Assembly: GCF_006345805.1 (NCBI RefSeq)
Contig: NC_042998.1
Span: 129,208,001 to 129,272,000 of the forward strand
From: Octopus sinensis
Lineage: Eukaryota
DNA: 64,000 bases
Direction: 5' to 3'
The notes under the pieces are model-generated. The model did no database searches, had not been told where the DNA came from, and saw only the letters and a list, made by a program, of their open reading frames with translations. The translations under genes were made by a program, and so were the position numbers. Positions 52,706 to 64,000 of the stretch are shown here, piece by piece. How positions within the stretch are numbered: position 1 is the stretch's first letter; the number at the start of each line of letters is the position of its first letter.

Positions 52706-53259
52706 AATAATAATAATAATAATAATAATAATAGCGATAACCAATAGTCTCCCCTTATTATTCTACTGTTGAAGTCATTTACTAGTAAATATTATCACAC
52801 ACAACTTGGACAAAATTTCTTCTGAATAAAATACATATTCAAATAAGTAAACCATAATATCATAAATAGTGAAAGGGAAACCGGTCGATATATTAAAAAA
52901 TTATATTAAAACTATGTAAAGTATGTGTATTTTCCTTTTTTAATTTCTTATATATATATGAAGAGATACACATGCACTCACACTCTCACATCAAGAGTAT
53001 TAAAGATGTCTACAATGAGTATAAAAATCATGCTATTTATCCTGCGACACACACCATCACCATTACTGCTACAACTTCCTCCATCGTTATATTGGCAAAT
53101 ATAAACACCACTACAACTACTACATTTAACAATGTTACCATCACACATACAACAGTACGACTTTAACTGAATGTCTACAATTACACCTAGCACAGGTATT
53201 AGTATTGCCACTAAATTAAAGGCAATGATAATCGCTACTACTAATGCTACTGCAGTGGC

Positions 53260-53305
<46 letters not shown>

Positions 53306-53929
53306 CAACAAAACACTCTGAATATCAATTCTGTACTAAAACCATTACCAATCTTACCACTGGGAAATTACAGAAGTATGAATTGATCTAGAATGTGTTT
53401 GTGTGTTTCATATATACACACACGCGTTTGCCCGCGCACATACACACTCACACATGCGCGCGCGCACACGCACACACACAGAACGAAAGAGAATTAGAGA
53501 GAGGGTGTATATATTATATAAATACACACATAATTCGTGTATTACATCTATATGTATGTTTAAACACACACACACACACACAAACATTTGCATGCATAAA
53601 CCAAAAAGTAATATATTTGATGAAACGCAATAGTATTTGACAAATTTAAGCAACATCTCATTTGTGTTCAGAATTCAGGACACATTCCAATATAGACATC
53701 TTTATAAAACTAATTGTCTAGGGTTGTCAAATCTCACGCTAATCGGGAGTAAAAAGATGATAGCAATTAACTATGTCGCACATTGCTCGAATAGGTATCG
53801 ACTGATATTTCTCATTTTTGTTTTTTAAGACCCACTCTTGTTATCTATGTCAGGGTTTTGGAATGATTAAACGATATTACAGCCCATTTGGGGATTTAGG
53901 CCGTATTAGTTTTCTTTTATATTTTGACG

Positions 53930-53939
53930 CCATTATTAA

Positions 53940-53970
<31 letters not shown>

Positions 53971-53995
53971 GTTATTATTATTGTTGTTGTTAATA

Positions 53996-54058
<63 letters not shown>

Positions 54059-54065
54059 CATTGTT
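53930..54065. repeat. (ATT)n microsatellite
   Basis: Seen directly. Confidence 0.95.
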
Positions 54066-57000
54066 ATGGTTTTCTCTACGTTACCGGCCAAGGTTTCCTG
54101 TACCATGAATGTTTGCAATATTGTTTCCAAGATAGGCAAAAAGCCAGAAACCATCTAAAATAAATAGCATACGGTGTGTCAATTGCTTAGGAAGGCCTAT
54201 TTTTTCGTCAATTTTCATATATTTATAAAACTTTGGCTCATTAGTAATTTTCTATCTATATTTCTTATATTTCCAAATCAAATGGGTTTTTAAAAAATTT
54301 CAGTCAGCCTATATTTCGACATCTTTATATTAAATATTAATATTTGCACTCGTAGTTAGTTTTATGACATTGTGAGTGCAGCACTCACGATAATTTTTCA
54401 TGGGGCTTTTGTGACCGGTTGGTAAAAAGAAAACAAGCACGCTGGAGGCCTGATACACATGTTTATTACAAAATGTACTCCGATAATACACCTGATGTTC
54501 AGGCCATGGTGTTAAAACGAGGCAATAGATCAATGGGGTTCAACATCATAAAACATTTTCAGTCCATCCGACAAGCTTCAACACAGTTTTCGTCCATCCA
54601 ACGTGAATTACAAAGCCTGGGTAAATCCGAAGCAACGGTTGAAAGCGAGTGCTCAATATGCCACGCAGTTTGATCAAACAGGGGACCACATAACTGCAAA
54701 GTGGACTTCTTTACGAAACAGAAATATAATGCCATTCTCTCCTGTTAGTATTTCTATTAAGAGAATATATTTGTTTCTGGGAAGTAATCCTAACGATAAT
54801 GCTCAGTTGGTATTGATTAAAGTAGCATATTTCAGAATGTAGTCATTTCGCAATATTTGAAATCCAAGGAAATTGAAAATGAGATAAACTACGGGCCAGA
54901 CAGAAATTTCAATGTACCGAGTATCCTATTTTGTCTTATCTGCTTATAAATTCAATTTCTACTAAAACTAGGCAAAAATAAACGACGAATCAACATTTCT
55001 TAACAACCTATACGTTTCCAATTAAATTTTATATTTTTAAATGTACATTTTAGTACTTTCGCATTTAGAAACATTGATCTTATATGGCGATCAATAACAA
55101 TTCTCTCTTGGCTCCGAACACTGGATTTACATGACATCATTGTATATTGATTTACTCATAATCGATTTAGTCATGCCGGGTATTGATTAAGTAAGATCGA
55201 TCATGAAAAATGTTTCAGTATAAATGTGTGCGATACACAAAGAGTTTTTGATGAACTCTCAGGCCAAGCATCTTAAATAACAGCGAGGTATCTAACGTCT
55301 CATGCAGATATTGGAGAGCCCTTACTGTGAAATGTAAGCAATTAAGGCAGAATGGTTGAACAGCAATTCTTAAAATTCCATTTGCGAAAGTGTGTGTTAC
55401 ACAGATGTACAAAATTAGTATTCCTCAAATCTGTAAAATATTTATAGGCTATTGAAAAGATATTTATACTTTATATTCAGAGTGACTGGAAAATATGAGA
55501 ATTAAATTATCAGAATACAAAAGAATTGTTAACTTTGTAGAAAGTTAAGCGATGAATAATACCATCAGTTCTCCCATTATCGTATTAATCGTTGCTTATG
55601 ACCCTGAAGTAACTTGATTGAAAATGAGGAAGTTGGTCTCTATGTACCAGTCCTCTTCGCTAAATCTGATGATACTATTAAAATGTTGTATTCAAGACAA
55701 TTAAATAGCATATATATTATATAAAAATTATATACAATTCTACAAAGTTTATATAACAATGTTTTACCACAGAGTGCAGCTGAAATTCTCATAAGAATTG
55801 GGATTTTGAGTTCATTCAGTTTAAGTATTTGTTCCCTCTCTTCAAAAAGTATTCACCATACTACTAAAGCAAACTCTTCATTATTCAGAAACAATGCAAA
55901 GAACGAAAAGGTCCTTAGCTTGAGAGACGAGAATTCAAATTGAAAATAGTTGTTTCACTTTTGTGCTCCCATAGTAAACTTAGTTCTATGTTATTCAGTT
56001 GATTCAGTTGATTTCATTAACAGAATTTCATTAACAAAAGATATGTGAATGTTAGTTACCATAGACTGGTGCCCAAACCAAGTGGCGAGTTATCTTTTAT
56101 TCGCTTAACACCATTCAAACCACACAATTTAGCAGTTTTGAAAACACTAGAAGCATTTAATTTTATATTTAGTTCAGGTTAAAGATTATAGTACAGCCGA
56201 ACACATCCTAATACTAGATTTCAAAGGTAATCAAACCTATTTGTCCGATAAATATCCCATAGATAGGGTACATCACTTACCGAGATGAAACCATTCTTTT
56301 GCAGTGCTATGTAGTTTAATAGACTATACCTCAAAATATTCTACGCACTTTTTGGAAAGATAGGTATAACTTGCAGAAGAACTGTTTAATATCCTTCATA
56401 CGAAAATACCCTATCCCCAAATAACTTATGTATACATGACTACAAAGGATTTTGCAAAACGGAGAAATGGAGAAAATATAAAATTTAATGTTACTTAATG
56501 TAATTTTCATCACAATTTAAGCGGAAATGTTGACAGGGTATGTGAGAGCCAGTATATAGGGCGGAGTTTATCTCTATATTATTAACAAAAGCATCTTGTT
56601 TAGACCCGGATCAGCTGCAATTGAGTAGACATAGAATCAGATGTCAACTAGATTTGATCACCCTGTCGTTGTGCACATCTAAAATTATATAGTCCACGAT
56701 GAATTTCATTTCCTTAAGGGGAAATAGTGAGAGCAAATTGATGGAATTTAGCTGCTAGTTTTAGCAGGTTGAGCTTTAACGTTGGCTCAAATATAGCAAG
56801 CAAAACTAGTCCGTAAACACTGTTTATCGCGAAATCGAATCATCTTGTCGAATATATGCTAGGACTATACAGTGTCCGTATAAATATACGAACCGACACA
56901 CGCATACAATATATTCATGCATCTCATGTAGCGTATACCATAGTTTTTATGAGTATGATTAAATATCAAATAATAAAAATAAAGCATATTGATTTTGTAA

Positions 57001-58157
57001 AGTCTTTGCATATTTGCCTTGATAAAAATCAATGCTGACCCAAGAATGAACCAGCGAAAATTTTTGCACTTGAAAGTCCAACTAAGAACAAATAGATTTG
57101 ATTTTCTAATTTTTGAGAACATTAAAGTTTAATTATAGAATATTAATTTCGTTAGAGATAACTAGACAAACACCCCCACCCACACACCCCAACACGCAGC
57201 ATATATAGAGGAGGAGAGAGAGACAGAGGGAGAGAGAGAGGCAGAGGGAAAGAGAGAGCACAGAGACGTCTGACAACGGGGTGTTAGTTTAATACGTCGA
57301 CAGTTCAATATTTCTCTGATCTATTGAGTCATTAGCATACACACACACACTAACACATACACACACATGTGGTCTGCATATATATATATGTAAATGTGTA
57401 TATGGATACACATATAACAGGTGAATACGCAGATACAGATATAAAATGTGTATTAACATACGCATGTAATACGCATAACATAGGGAGCATCGATGCTCCA
57501 GTCGATAGCATGGTGGTCAACCAGCTGAGTTCCTCTTCAGTTCGTATCCTCTTCATTGTCACTATATTGCGTCAGTCTATATACAAGACGCTAATCTCAT
57601 CTCTCTTTAAAGGCTCAGACCAACTAAATTATGTGAGGTGCTGTGAGATATTAACAGCCGTATCACAGTAAATGAATCTCTCCTTCGATAATTTGTAATT
57701 CAACCCTCTACTTCGTTGCAGAAGTTCGATCTCTACCATCTTTACTCCAGCTTACTAAACTTAACACAAAAATGTTTCCAAAACCCTGACACAATATCTC
57801 TAAAGTCGTTAAATGGTTTTCAAAGTCAAATCATTGGTTCCCTTGGTTATGTTAGAAAGAATCTAAGTGATAATCTGAAAAGACTAACATTTTCAAAGCA
57901 AAGACACATGCTAACATGAACGGGAAGTGAAACAGAAAAATATTAGAGACTTTCTTAAAATTTGTTATATAATAATTGTTGTTGTTATACAAATTCCTGT
58001 GATGTAGCTTTCGTTTGTTTAAGAAAAGGTAGTTTCCTATTTCTAGGTATTTGTTAATATACTTTTCATGTTGGGTGCGCAACTAAAGGTTGTGCCTTTT
58101 GAACAAACAAGTCTTGATGTTAAGTGAGTGGGGAGGGGGCACAATGCGAGACTGAAA

Positions 58158-58390
58158 AGGGCGGCGAGCTGGCAGAAACGTTAGCACGCCGGGCGAAATG
58201 TTTAGCAGTATTTCGTCTGCCGCTACGTTCAAATTCCGCCGAGGTCGACTTTGCCTTTCATCTTTCGGGGTCGATTAAATAAGATTAAATAAGTACCAGT
58301 TACGCAATGGGGTCGATATAATCGACTTAATCCGTTTGTCTGTCCTTGTTTGTCTTCTCTGTGCTTAGCCCCTTGTGGGCAGTAAAGAAA
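58158..58390 (+). mobile_element. SINE group 2
   Basis: Collinear with 36263..36497. Confidence 0.9.
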
Positions 58391-58635
58391 TAGGTGGTAC
58401 CCAGACCTAGTAGCCATAGTAATAGCAACAACGACTCATCCAACGACTTCGACGGCAACAGTAGCGGTGACAGCAGCAGAAACACCAGTACCGATGCCAA
58501 CGACTCCAACACCAGTGTTACAGTTAGAGATGACGACCACGCCAACACCACTAACACCAGCGAAGCTACCGGTCCTACACCCAGTATTACCAGCGACGGT
58601 AGCAGCATGACCATCGGCGAAAACAGCAGCAACAG

Positions 58636-58815
58636 TGGAGGCGCAATGGCCCAGTGGTTAGGGCAGCGAACTCGCGGTTTCGATTCCCAGACTGGGCATT
58701 GTGAGTGTTTATTGAGCAAAAACACCTAAGCTCTACGAGGCTCCGGCGGGGGTAGTGGTGAACCCCGCTGTACTCTTTCACTACAACTTTCTCTCACTCT
58801 TTCTTCCTATTTCTG
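58636..58815 (+). mobile_element. SINE group 3, 5' part
   Basis: Same head as 61324..61705. Confidence 0.85.
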
Positions 58816-59098
58816 CCACAAAGCAGAGGAACCATGGTGTAACCCACTATGGTGTGGTAAACTTTCAGACCCTAGTCTAGATTGCGAATCCTCTGTACCC
58901 CAGGATAGTTCAGCTCTCCGCCCGTTAAAAGCCACCGTTTACGGAATGAGGATAACAACGTAGCCTTCGCTCCCGTGCAACCGCCAGTCTATCGCGTGTG
59001 GTGGGTTGATCTTCAAGTTGCCACACGCATTCTTAATAGCTTAGAGTCGGCTCGAATTAGAGATTATTCTCTGTGACTAATGGCATGAGTCCTGATTG

Positions 59099-59188
59099 GA
59101 GGAAGAAGAAGAAGAAGAAGAAGAAGAAGAAGAAGAAGAAGAAGAAGAAGAAGAAGAAGAAGAAGAAGAAGAAGAAGAAGAAGAAGAA

Positions 59189-59220
<32 letters not shown>

Positions 59221-59228
59221 AGAAGAAG
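59099..59228. repeat. (GAA)n microsatellite
   Basis: Seen directly; gives the poly-E, poly-K and poly-S ORFs. Confidence 0.95.
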
Positions 59229-59469
59229 ATAGCAGCAACACCAGAAATACGGCCATGACTACTGCCACAACGATATCGCCAGACCCACGCTCTGTAATAA
59301 CAGCACAGATAACAGCTCCAATAATAGCAGCAGCAACAACAACAGAAATGTCAACACAAGCAGCACTCAAGTTCGGAAATATATCGGGTCAGCCGGAACT
59401 ACCTTCTTGCGGACCCTGTAGAATCACAGGTCCTCCTTTAGGATTTCAGAAAGATGATGCAAATACGAT

Positions 59470-59680
59470 TCATCCCTGGCTAGACATGTGGCACCTTAAA
59501 GATGAAAAGATCCCATACAATATTAAGTGGAAGGTTATAGAACGGCCGGGATCCTATGTCAACGGGAGCAGACACAGCAAGCTTTGCATAGCTGAGCGAG
59601 CAAGAATCCTCAAAGACTCCTTGGAACTAGAATTATTAAATTCCCGACATGATATTTGTATTCCCTGCCCCATTTTTCAA
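59470..59680 (+). pseudogene. C-terminal GIY-YIG fragment of a second PLE lineage
   Basis: DMWHLKDEKIPYNIKWKVIERPGSYVNGSRHSKLCIAERARIL..LLNSR..C resembles the PLE endonuclease tail W.LK.....IKWKI.....Y....C.LC..E...I....LLN.R.E....C. Confidence 0.65.
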
Positions 59681-60419
59681 ACGCTATCTGATGCAAGCAT
59701 GGGATTCTCCATTCATCGATTAGATCCCAAAATGTCCTTACAAGCTAGTAGCAATCTAAGTGCAGAATTACTCGTTCGCCATTTTAGCTTACATGGACTG
59801 TTAACTGAACTGATCTAAGGGAGATAACCCGTCCTCACCGACCTACAAGGTTTATTATTCTTTGGTTTATTCATTATTTACTAGCAAACTAACGTTAACG
59901 GAATTCTACCTCCACAGTTTGAAGAGGTATATGCCCTTCGCCATTAGAGTGTGATGAGTCGTCTATAAAGCTAAGCGCTTTATGGATGCGAAACCATTGG
60001 TCACTCTATGACCGGATATACACTTAACTGTATACATATATATATATATATATATATATATGAGCGTGTATATGTAGTGTGTGTGTGTATACATATATAC
60101 ATGCACACACACTCGCACACACACACACAAACTTAAACATACACAAACACAAACACACACGCACGCACGCACACAAACATACATACACACACAATCTGAA
60201 GTCAGTCATCGTAATATGACACTTCACGGCTTTGGCTTGACTTGATAAGCATTTTCCATACTGGTCAGTTTTTCGCTCGAGTTCGCCATTTATTATGATA
60301 TATTCCTTTTCACTTCATATTCCTTTTTACAGTATCTTTGAAACTCATTCTAGATATTTCTTGGCTTCTTTTTGCTTTGCATAGTTGTTTGCGGAGTCTG
60401 ATGTTCTCCATCCTGTGTA

Positions 60420-61295
60420 CGTTTCTCAACTAACGTAAATTTCTATCTATACAGATTTCCTTCATAGGAGGCAGACTAGCATGGCGGACGATCTCTTAAT
60501 TTCTGAATTCGTGAAACAGAGTGATAATCATTTCATCCTAGCTGTCTCATCATATATGTGTGTAATTTGTCTACTTGAGCTTTATAGACTACTCAAGTTT
60601 CAGCTCCATACAATAGCGAAGAAAGCACTATAGCCTGGCATATTTTATATTGGACCCCTATAGAACATACTTATTTTCCCACAGCCTCTCTTGTAGTCTA
60701 CCATATGAAGCACTAGCTCTGCTCATTCTGTATGTGATTTCTTAATCCAGTCGTGCGTTATCTAAGTTTGTGCCTTCTCTTGATGTCTAACAGCAATGTT
60801 TTCTTCTATTTCAAGGTTAGGTAGGTTCTCCAGAGTTTGGTAAAGATATTCGGTTATTCTGATGAACTGCTGTTCAGCTTTGGCAAAGTTATATACCAGT
60901 TTCCGCATATCTTCAGCATAGCGAGCAACCAGCGAACTATCATCAGCTAACAATATACCTCGCACTAGGATGTTTGTTGTGCGTATCTGTGCTTTATACT
61001 GTGCAATATTGAATAGATCACCATCAAGCTGTGTCTCCATGTAAATTTTCACTCCATCTCCTTTGAAGGCAACATTCAACATTGCTGCGAGTTACAGGGA
61101 GAACATTGCTGGAGTAATTATTTAACTCCATTTGTCACCGCAAACCCGTTTGTGGTATTGCAACCTTGTACTACAAATGTCTGAATTCCTCCGCGAGGGG
61201 CGTAATCAAGTTGATTAACCCTTCGAGGTCATTCATGTTTCTTAAGAACAACCTTAAGTGTATCACGAGATACTGTGTTGAAATCCTTTGTAAAG
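60420..61295 (-). pseudogene. RTE-clade LINE reverse-transcriptase fragment
   Basis: Reads DFTKDFNTVSRD...GFAVTNGVK; ORF 60762..61082 has DGDLFNIAQ..ILVRGILLADDSSLVA (FADD motif); then MSKASASYGRL...AIVLSSLLYGAET. Confidence 0.88.
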
Positions 61296-61323
61296 TCTCT
61301 CCCTCTTGATAAGTATATATGTA

Positions 61324-61705
61324 TGGAAGCACTCCGTCGGTTACGACGATGAGGATTCCGGTTGATCCGATCAACGGAACAGCCTGCTCGTGAAATTAAC
61401 GTGTAAGTGGCTGAGCACTCCACAGACACGTGTACCCTTAACGTAATTCTCGGGGATATTCAGCGTGACACAGAGAGTGACAAGGCCGGCCCTTTGAAAT
61501 ACAGGAACAACAGAAACAGGAAGTAAGAGTGAGAGAAAGTTGTGGTGAAAGAGTACAGCAGGGATCACCACCATCCCTGCCGGAGCCTCGTGGAGCTTTA
61601 GATATTTTCGCTCAATAAACACTCACAACGCCCGGTCTGGGAATCGAAACCACGATCCTACGACCGCGAGTCCGCTGCCCTAACCACTGGGCCATTGCGC
61701 CTCCA
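61324..61705 (-). mobile_element. tRNA(Arg)-like SINE group 3, full length
   Basis: A-box TGGCCCAGTGG, anticodon-like loop GACTCGC, B-box GTTTCGATTCC; 3' module shared with 14969..15268. Confidence 0.9.
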
Positions 61706-61730
61706 CGTATATATGTATATACATATATAC

Positions 61731-62269
61731 AAGGCACGACAGAGTCGCTGCTCAATCAAGAACATCCGCGGTATTGTGCATCAAGAATTCGCCCCACCTC
61801 CACCCAACAGGGCGCGACCGTCAACCGAGAGTTTTACTGGGACAATTTGAAGTGTTTGAGGGAGGACATTCAGCGAAAGCGACCGGATCTGTGGATTGCA
61901 AAGAATTGGATTCTTCACGACGACGACGCACCTCGTCACCGAGCATTCTTCACTTGTGAGTTTCTCGCGAAAAACAGCATGGTATCGCTTTCGCATTCGC
62001 CCTATTCGCCAGATTTAGTACCTGAAGACTTCCCATATGCTTTCCAAGATGAAAGGTCACTTTTTAACACCGTTGTAGAAATCCAGAAAGTCTTCAACTC
62101 GCTTACGTGAAACAACTTCGAAGCCGGATTCCAAAAGTGGCAGGAACGCTGAGATCGGTGTAATGCTGCACAAGGTGACTATTTCGAAGGAGATGATATT
62201 TAAACTTAGGTAAATACCATTTTTGATTAAACATATCTAGTCCGGGAACCCTTTGATAATTTCACTTCG
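61731..62269 (+). mobile_element. 3' half of a mariner with right TIR
   Basis: ORF 61847..62110 reads LREDIQRKRPDLWIAKNWILHDDDAPRH...SPYSPDLVP; TIR CTAGTCCGGGAACCCTTTGATAATTTCACTTCG. Confidence 0.9.
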
Positions 62270-62410
62270 TGTGTATATATAAATATATACAAAATCAAAT
62301 AAGGGTAGAATTTTTTCTTGAGAACACATTCTTCGTGGAAAATGGCGATTTTGACATCTATATCTAGCATATAGGCTGTCCATTTTTTTAGTGGTTAGTC
62401 CTCTAAATTT

Positions 62411-62457
<47 letters not shown>

Positions 62458-62485
62458 GAGAGAGAGAGAGAGAGAGTGAGAAGAG

Positions 62486-62518
<33 letters not shown>

Positions 62519-62611
62519 AAAATATTATTCGAGACAAAACCACTATTTTGCAACAAAACAAGGAAAGACTTAATAATACATAAAATTTTAATAAATAGTC
62601 AAAAAAAACCG

Positions 62612-62654
62612 CCACTACAATCGTTTCTTGTCTTGATCGACAATCTTCAGGTGG
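62612..62654 (-). ncRNA. Apparently intact minimal type-I hammerhead ribozyme
   Basis: CCAC-CTGAAGA-TTGTC(GATCAA)GACAA-GAAA-CGATTG-TA-GTGG: all core bases canonical, 4-bp stem I, 5-bp stem II, GUA triplet. Confidence 0.8.
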
Positions 62655-63089
62655 ACTTCCAATCTAAAAAATCAATATTTTAAAATATAAAAATAATAAT
62701 TTTAAAATAATTAAAGTATGAATGAAAAAATATAAGTATATAATCCATATATAACCTATCTATAATCCATATATAAACAATATATAAACAATATATAAAC
62801 TAAAAAAACCTATCAACAATTAAATATAAAATATAAAATATAAAATATAAAATATAAAATATAAAACAAAACAAAAAAAAAAATAATAATATAATAATAA
62901 ACTATATATACACCCATACGCATATACCTAATTATATATAACCATATCTAACTACATACACTAAATCACACACCTATATATATATCCCTATACATACACA
63001 TAAAAATGTCTAGGCAACTATAAATAAATAAAATAGCTAAATACTTCAACACAATACTTATTCATACTCCCACACACACACACATACAA

Positions 63090-64000
63090 CCCACATTCAC
63101 GCTCTAGAAAAACGGACATCACTCAAAACTATGAACGGAGAAATGGAATAAATGGAATTAAAAATTATATACACTTTGTAAAACAAACACTACTTAAAAA
63201 TTATGAATGAAACAATGCAATAAAACAACAGACATCGCAAATATACACAAATTACTACAAATTCCTTATCAAACCTACCATGATAACCAAAATTCATAAA
63301 AACATATAATGATAAAATCTCCCTTTACTAAACTCTATAACAAACCTATATAGCAATCCCCCTAACCTAAACATTCACACACAAATACACACACGTAAAC
63401 CACACACACACGACATATACAAATACCCACACCACTTACACATACCAATACATACATATAAACCTCAACATATACTCCAAAAACCCACTCAACCCCACAC
63501 AGACAAATAAACACAAAAATTATGAATGAATGGATTCATTTATAAAACTACCATGATAATCTAAAACTCACAAAACAGAAATGATAAAACCTCCCTTACT
63601 AAACACTAAAACATACTTATATAGCAATTCATTTAACCTATACATTCACACACCAAACCACTCGTAAACCACACACCCATAACAAATACAAACTCCCACC
63701 CCACTCACACACACCCACAAGTACATATAAGCCTCAACATATACACCAAACAAAATTACTTTACCAAGGAACTTAACATATATATAAAAAGTATAACCGC
63801 TCTGGAAACGAACATCTCTAAATTAATGAATGGAGAAATGGAATAAATGGAATTAAAAATAAAATTCACGTGGCAAAACGAACACCACTCAAAAATTATG
63901 AATGAAACAATATAATAAAACAACCAACATCGAAAATAGACAAATTACTACGAATTCCCTAAAAAAAAAAAAAACCATGATAAACCAAAACTCTTAAAAA
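63090..64000 (+). repeat. Degenerate, G-poor tandem duplication of a decayed PLE thumb/linker segment
   Basis: Motifs recur: AAAAATTATGAATGAA at ~63196/63516/63893, CCATGATA at ~63278/63551/63975, GAATGGAGAAATGGAATAAATGG twice. Frames give KQTLLKNYE..NNAIKQ and QIPYQTYH..NLPLL, similar to the PLE linker at 51400..51550. Confidence 0.55.

Noticed and set aside
54419-54673. 84-aa ORF of ordinary-looking composition ending CSICH
   Set aside because: Its 3' half aligns by eye with an old, diverged group 1 SINE head (CGACAAGCTTC..CAGTTTTCGTC..ATGCCACGCAG).
55215-55412. RALQYLHE resembles protein-kinase subdomain VIa
   Set aside because: No following HRDLK or other kinase motif and no convincing exon boundaries.
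59096-59818. 240-aa ORF with poly-Glu
   Set aside because: A (GAA)n microsatellite joined in frame to low-complexity sequence and a decayed PLE endonuclease tail.
61630-61705. tRNA-like sequences (also at the SINE heads 2201, 15268, 24973, 36263 and 58636)
   Set aside because: They lack a complete cloverleaf acceptor stem and continue into SINE bodies, so they are SINE promoters rather than tRNA genes.
62900-64000. Resemblance to a mitochondrial control-region NUMT (A/C-rich strand bias)
   Set aside because: No mitochondrial gene or tRNA is recognisable; residual translation matches the PLE linker region instead.

Overview
AT-rich, microsatellite-dense animal genomic DNA. The SINE repertoire and overall texture point to a cephalopod, most likely Octopus; this is inferred, not verified. 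I recognise no host protein-coding exon, rRNA gene, true tRNA gene or CRISPR array, so the window looks intronic or intergenic. Nearly all listed ORFs are simple-repeat artefacts or decayed transposon fragments. Identifiable content: three tRNA-derived SINE groups; four copies of an (AAT)n-tailed ~455-555 bp element; LINE relics of several clades (R4/Dong-like and HERO-like RLE, RTE, CR1/L2-like); Tc1/mariner relics (mariner, maT-like, a DD35E Tc1, a foldback mariner MITE, a pogo-type MITE); two Helitron-like elements; and many Penelope-like element (PLE) pieces. The most notable unannotated signal is about ten type-I hammerhead-ribozyme motifs from at least four sequence families, carried on short PLE terminal-repeat (pLTR) cassettes. 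They include a family with a consistent A6U core variant, a long-stem-II form, a tandem pair 203 nt apart, and recurrent inverted (fold-back) pLTR architectures. All alignments and folds were done by eye.
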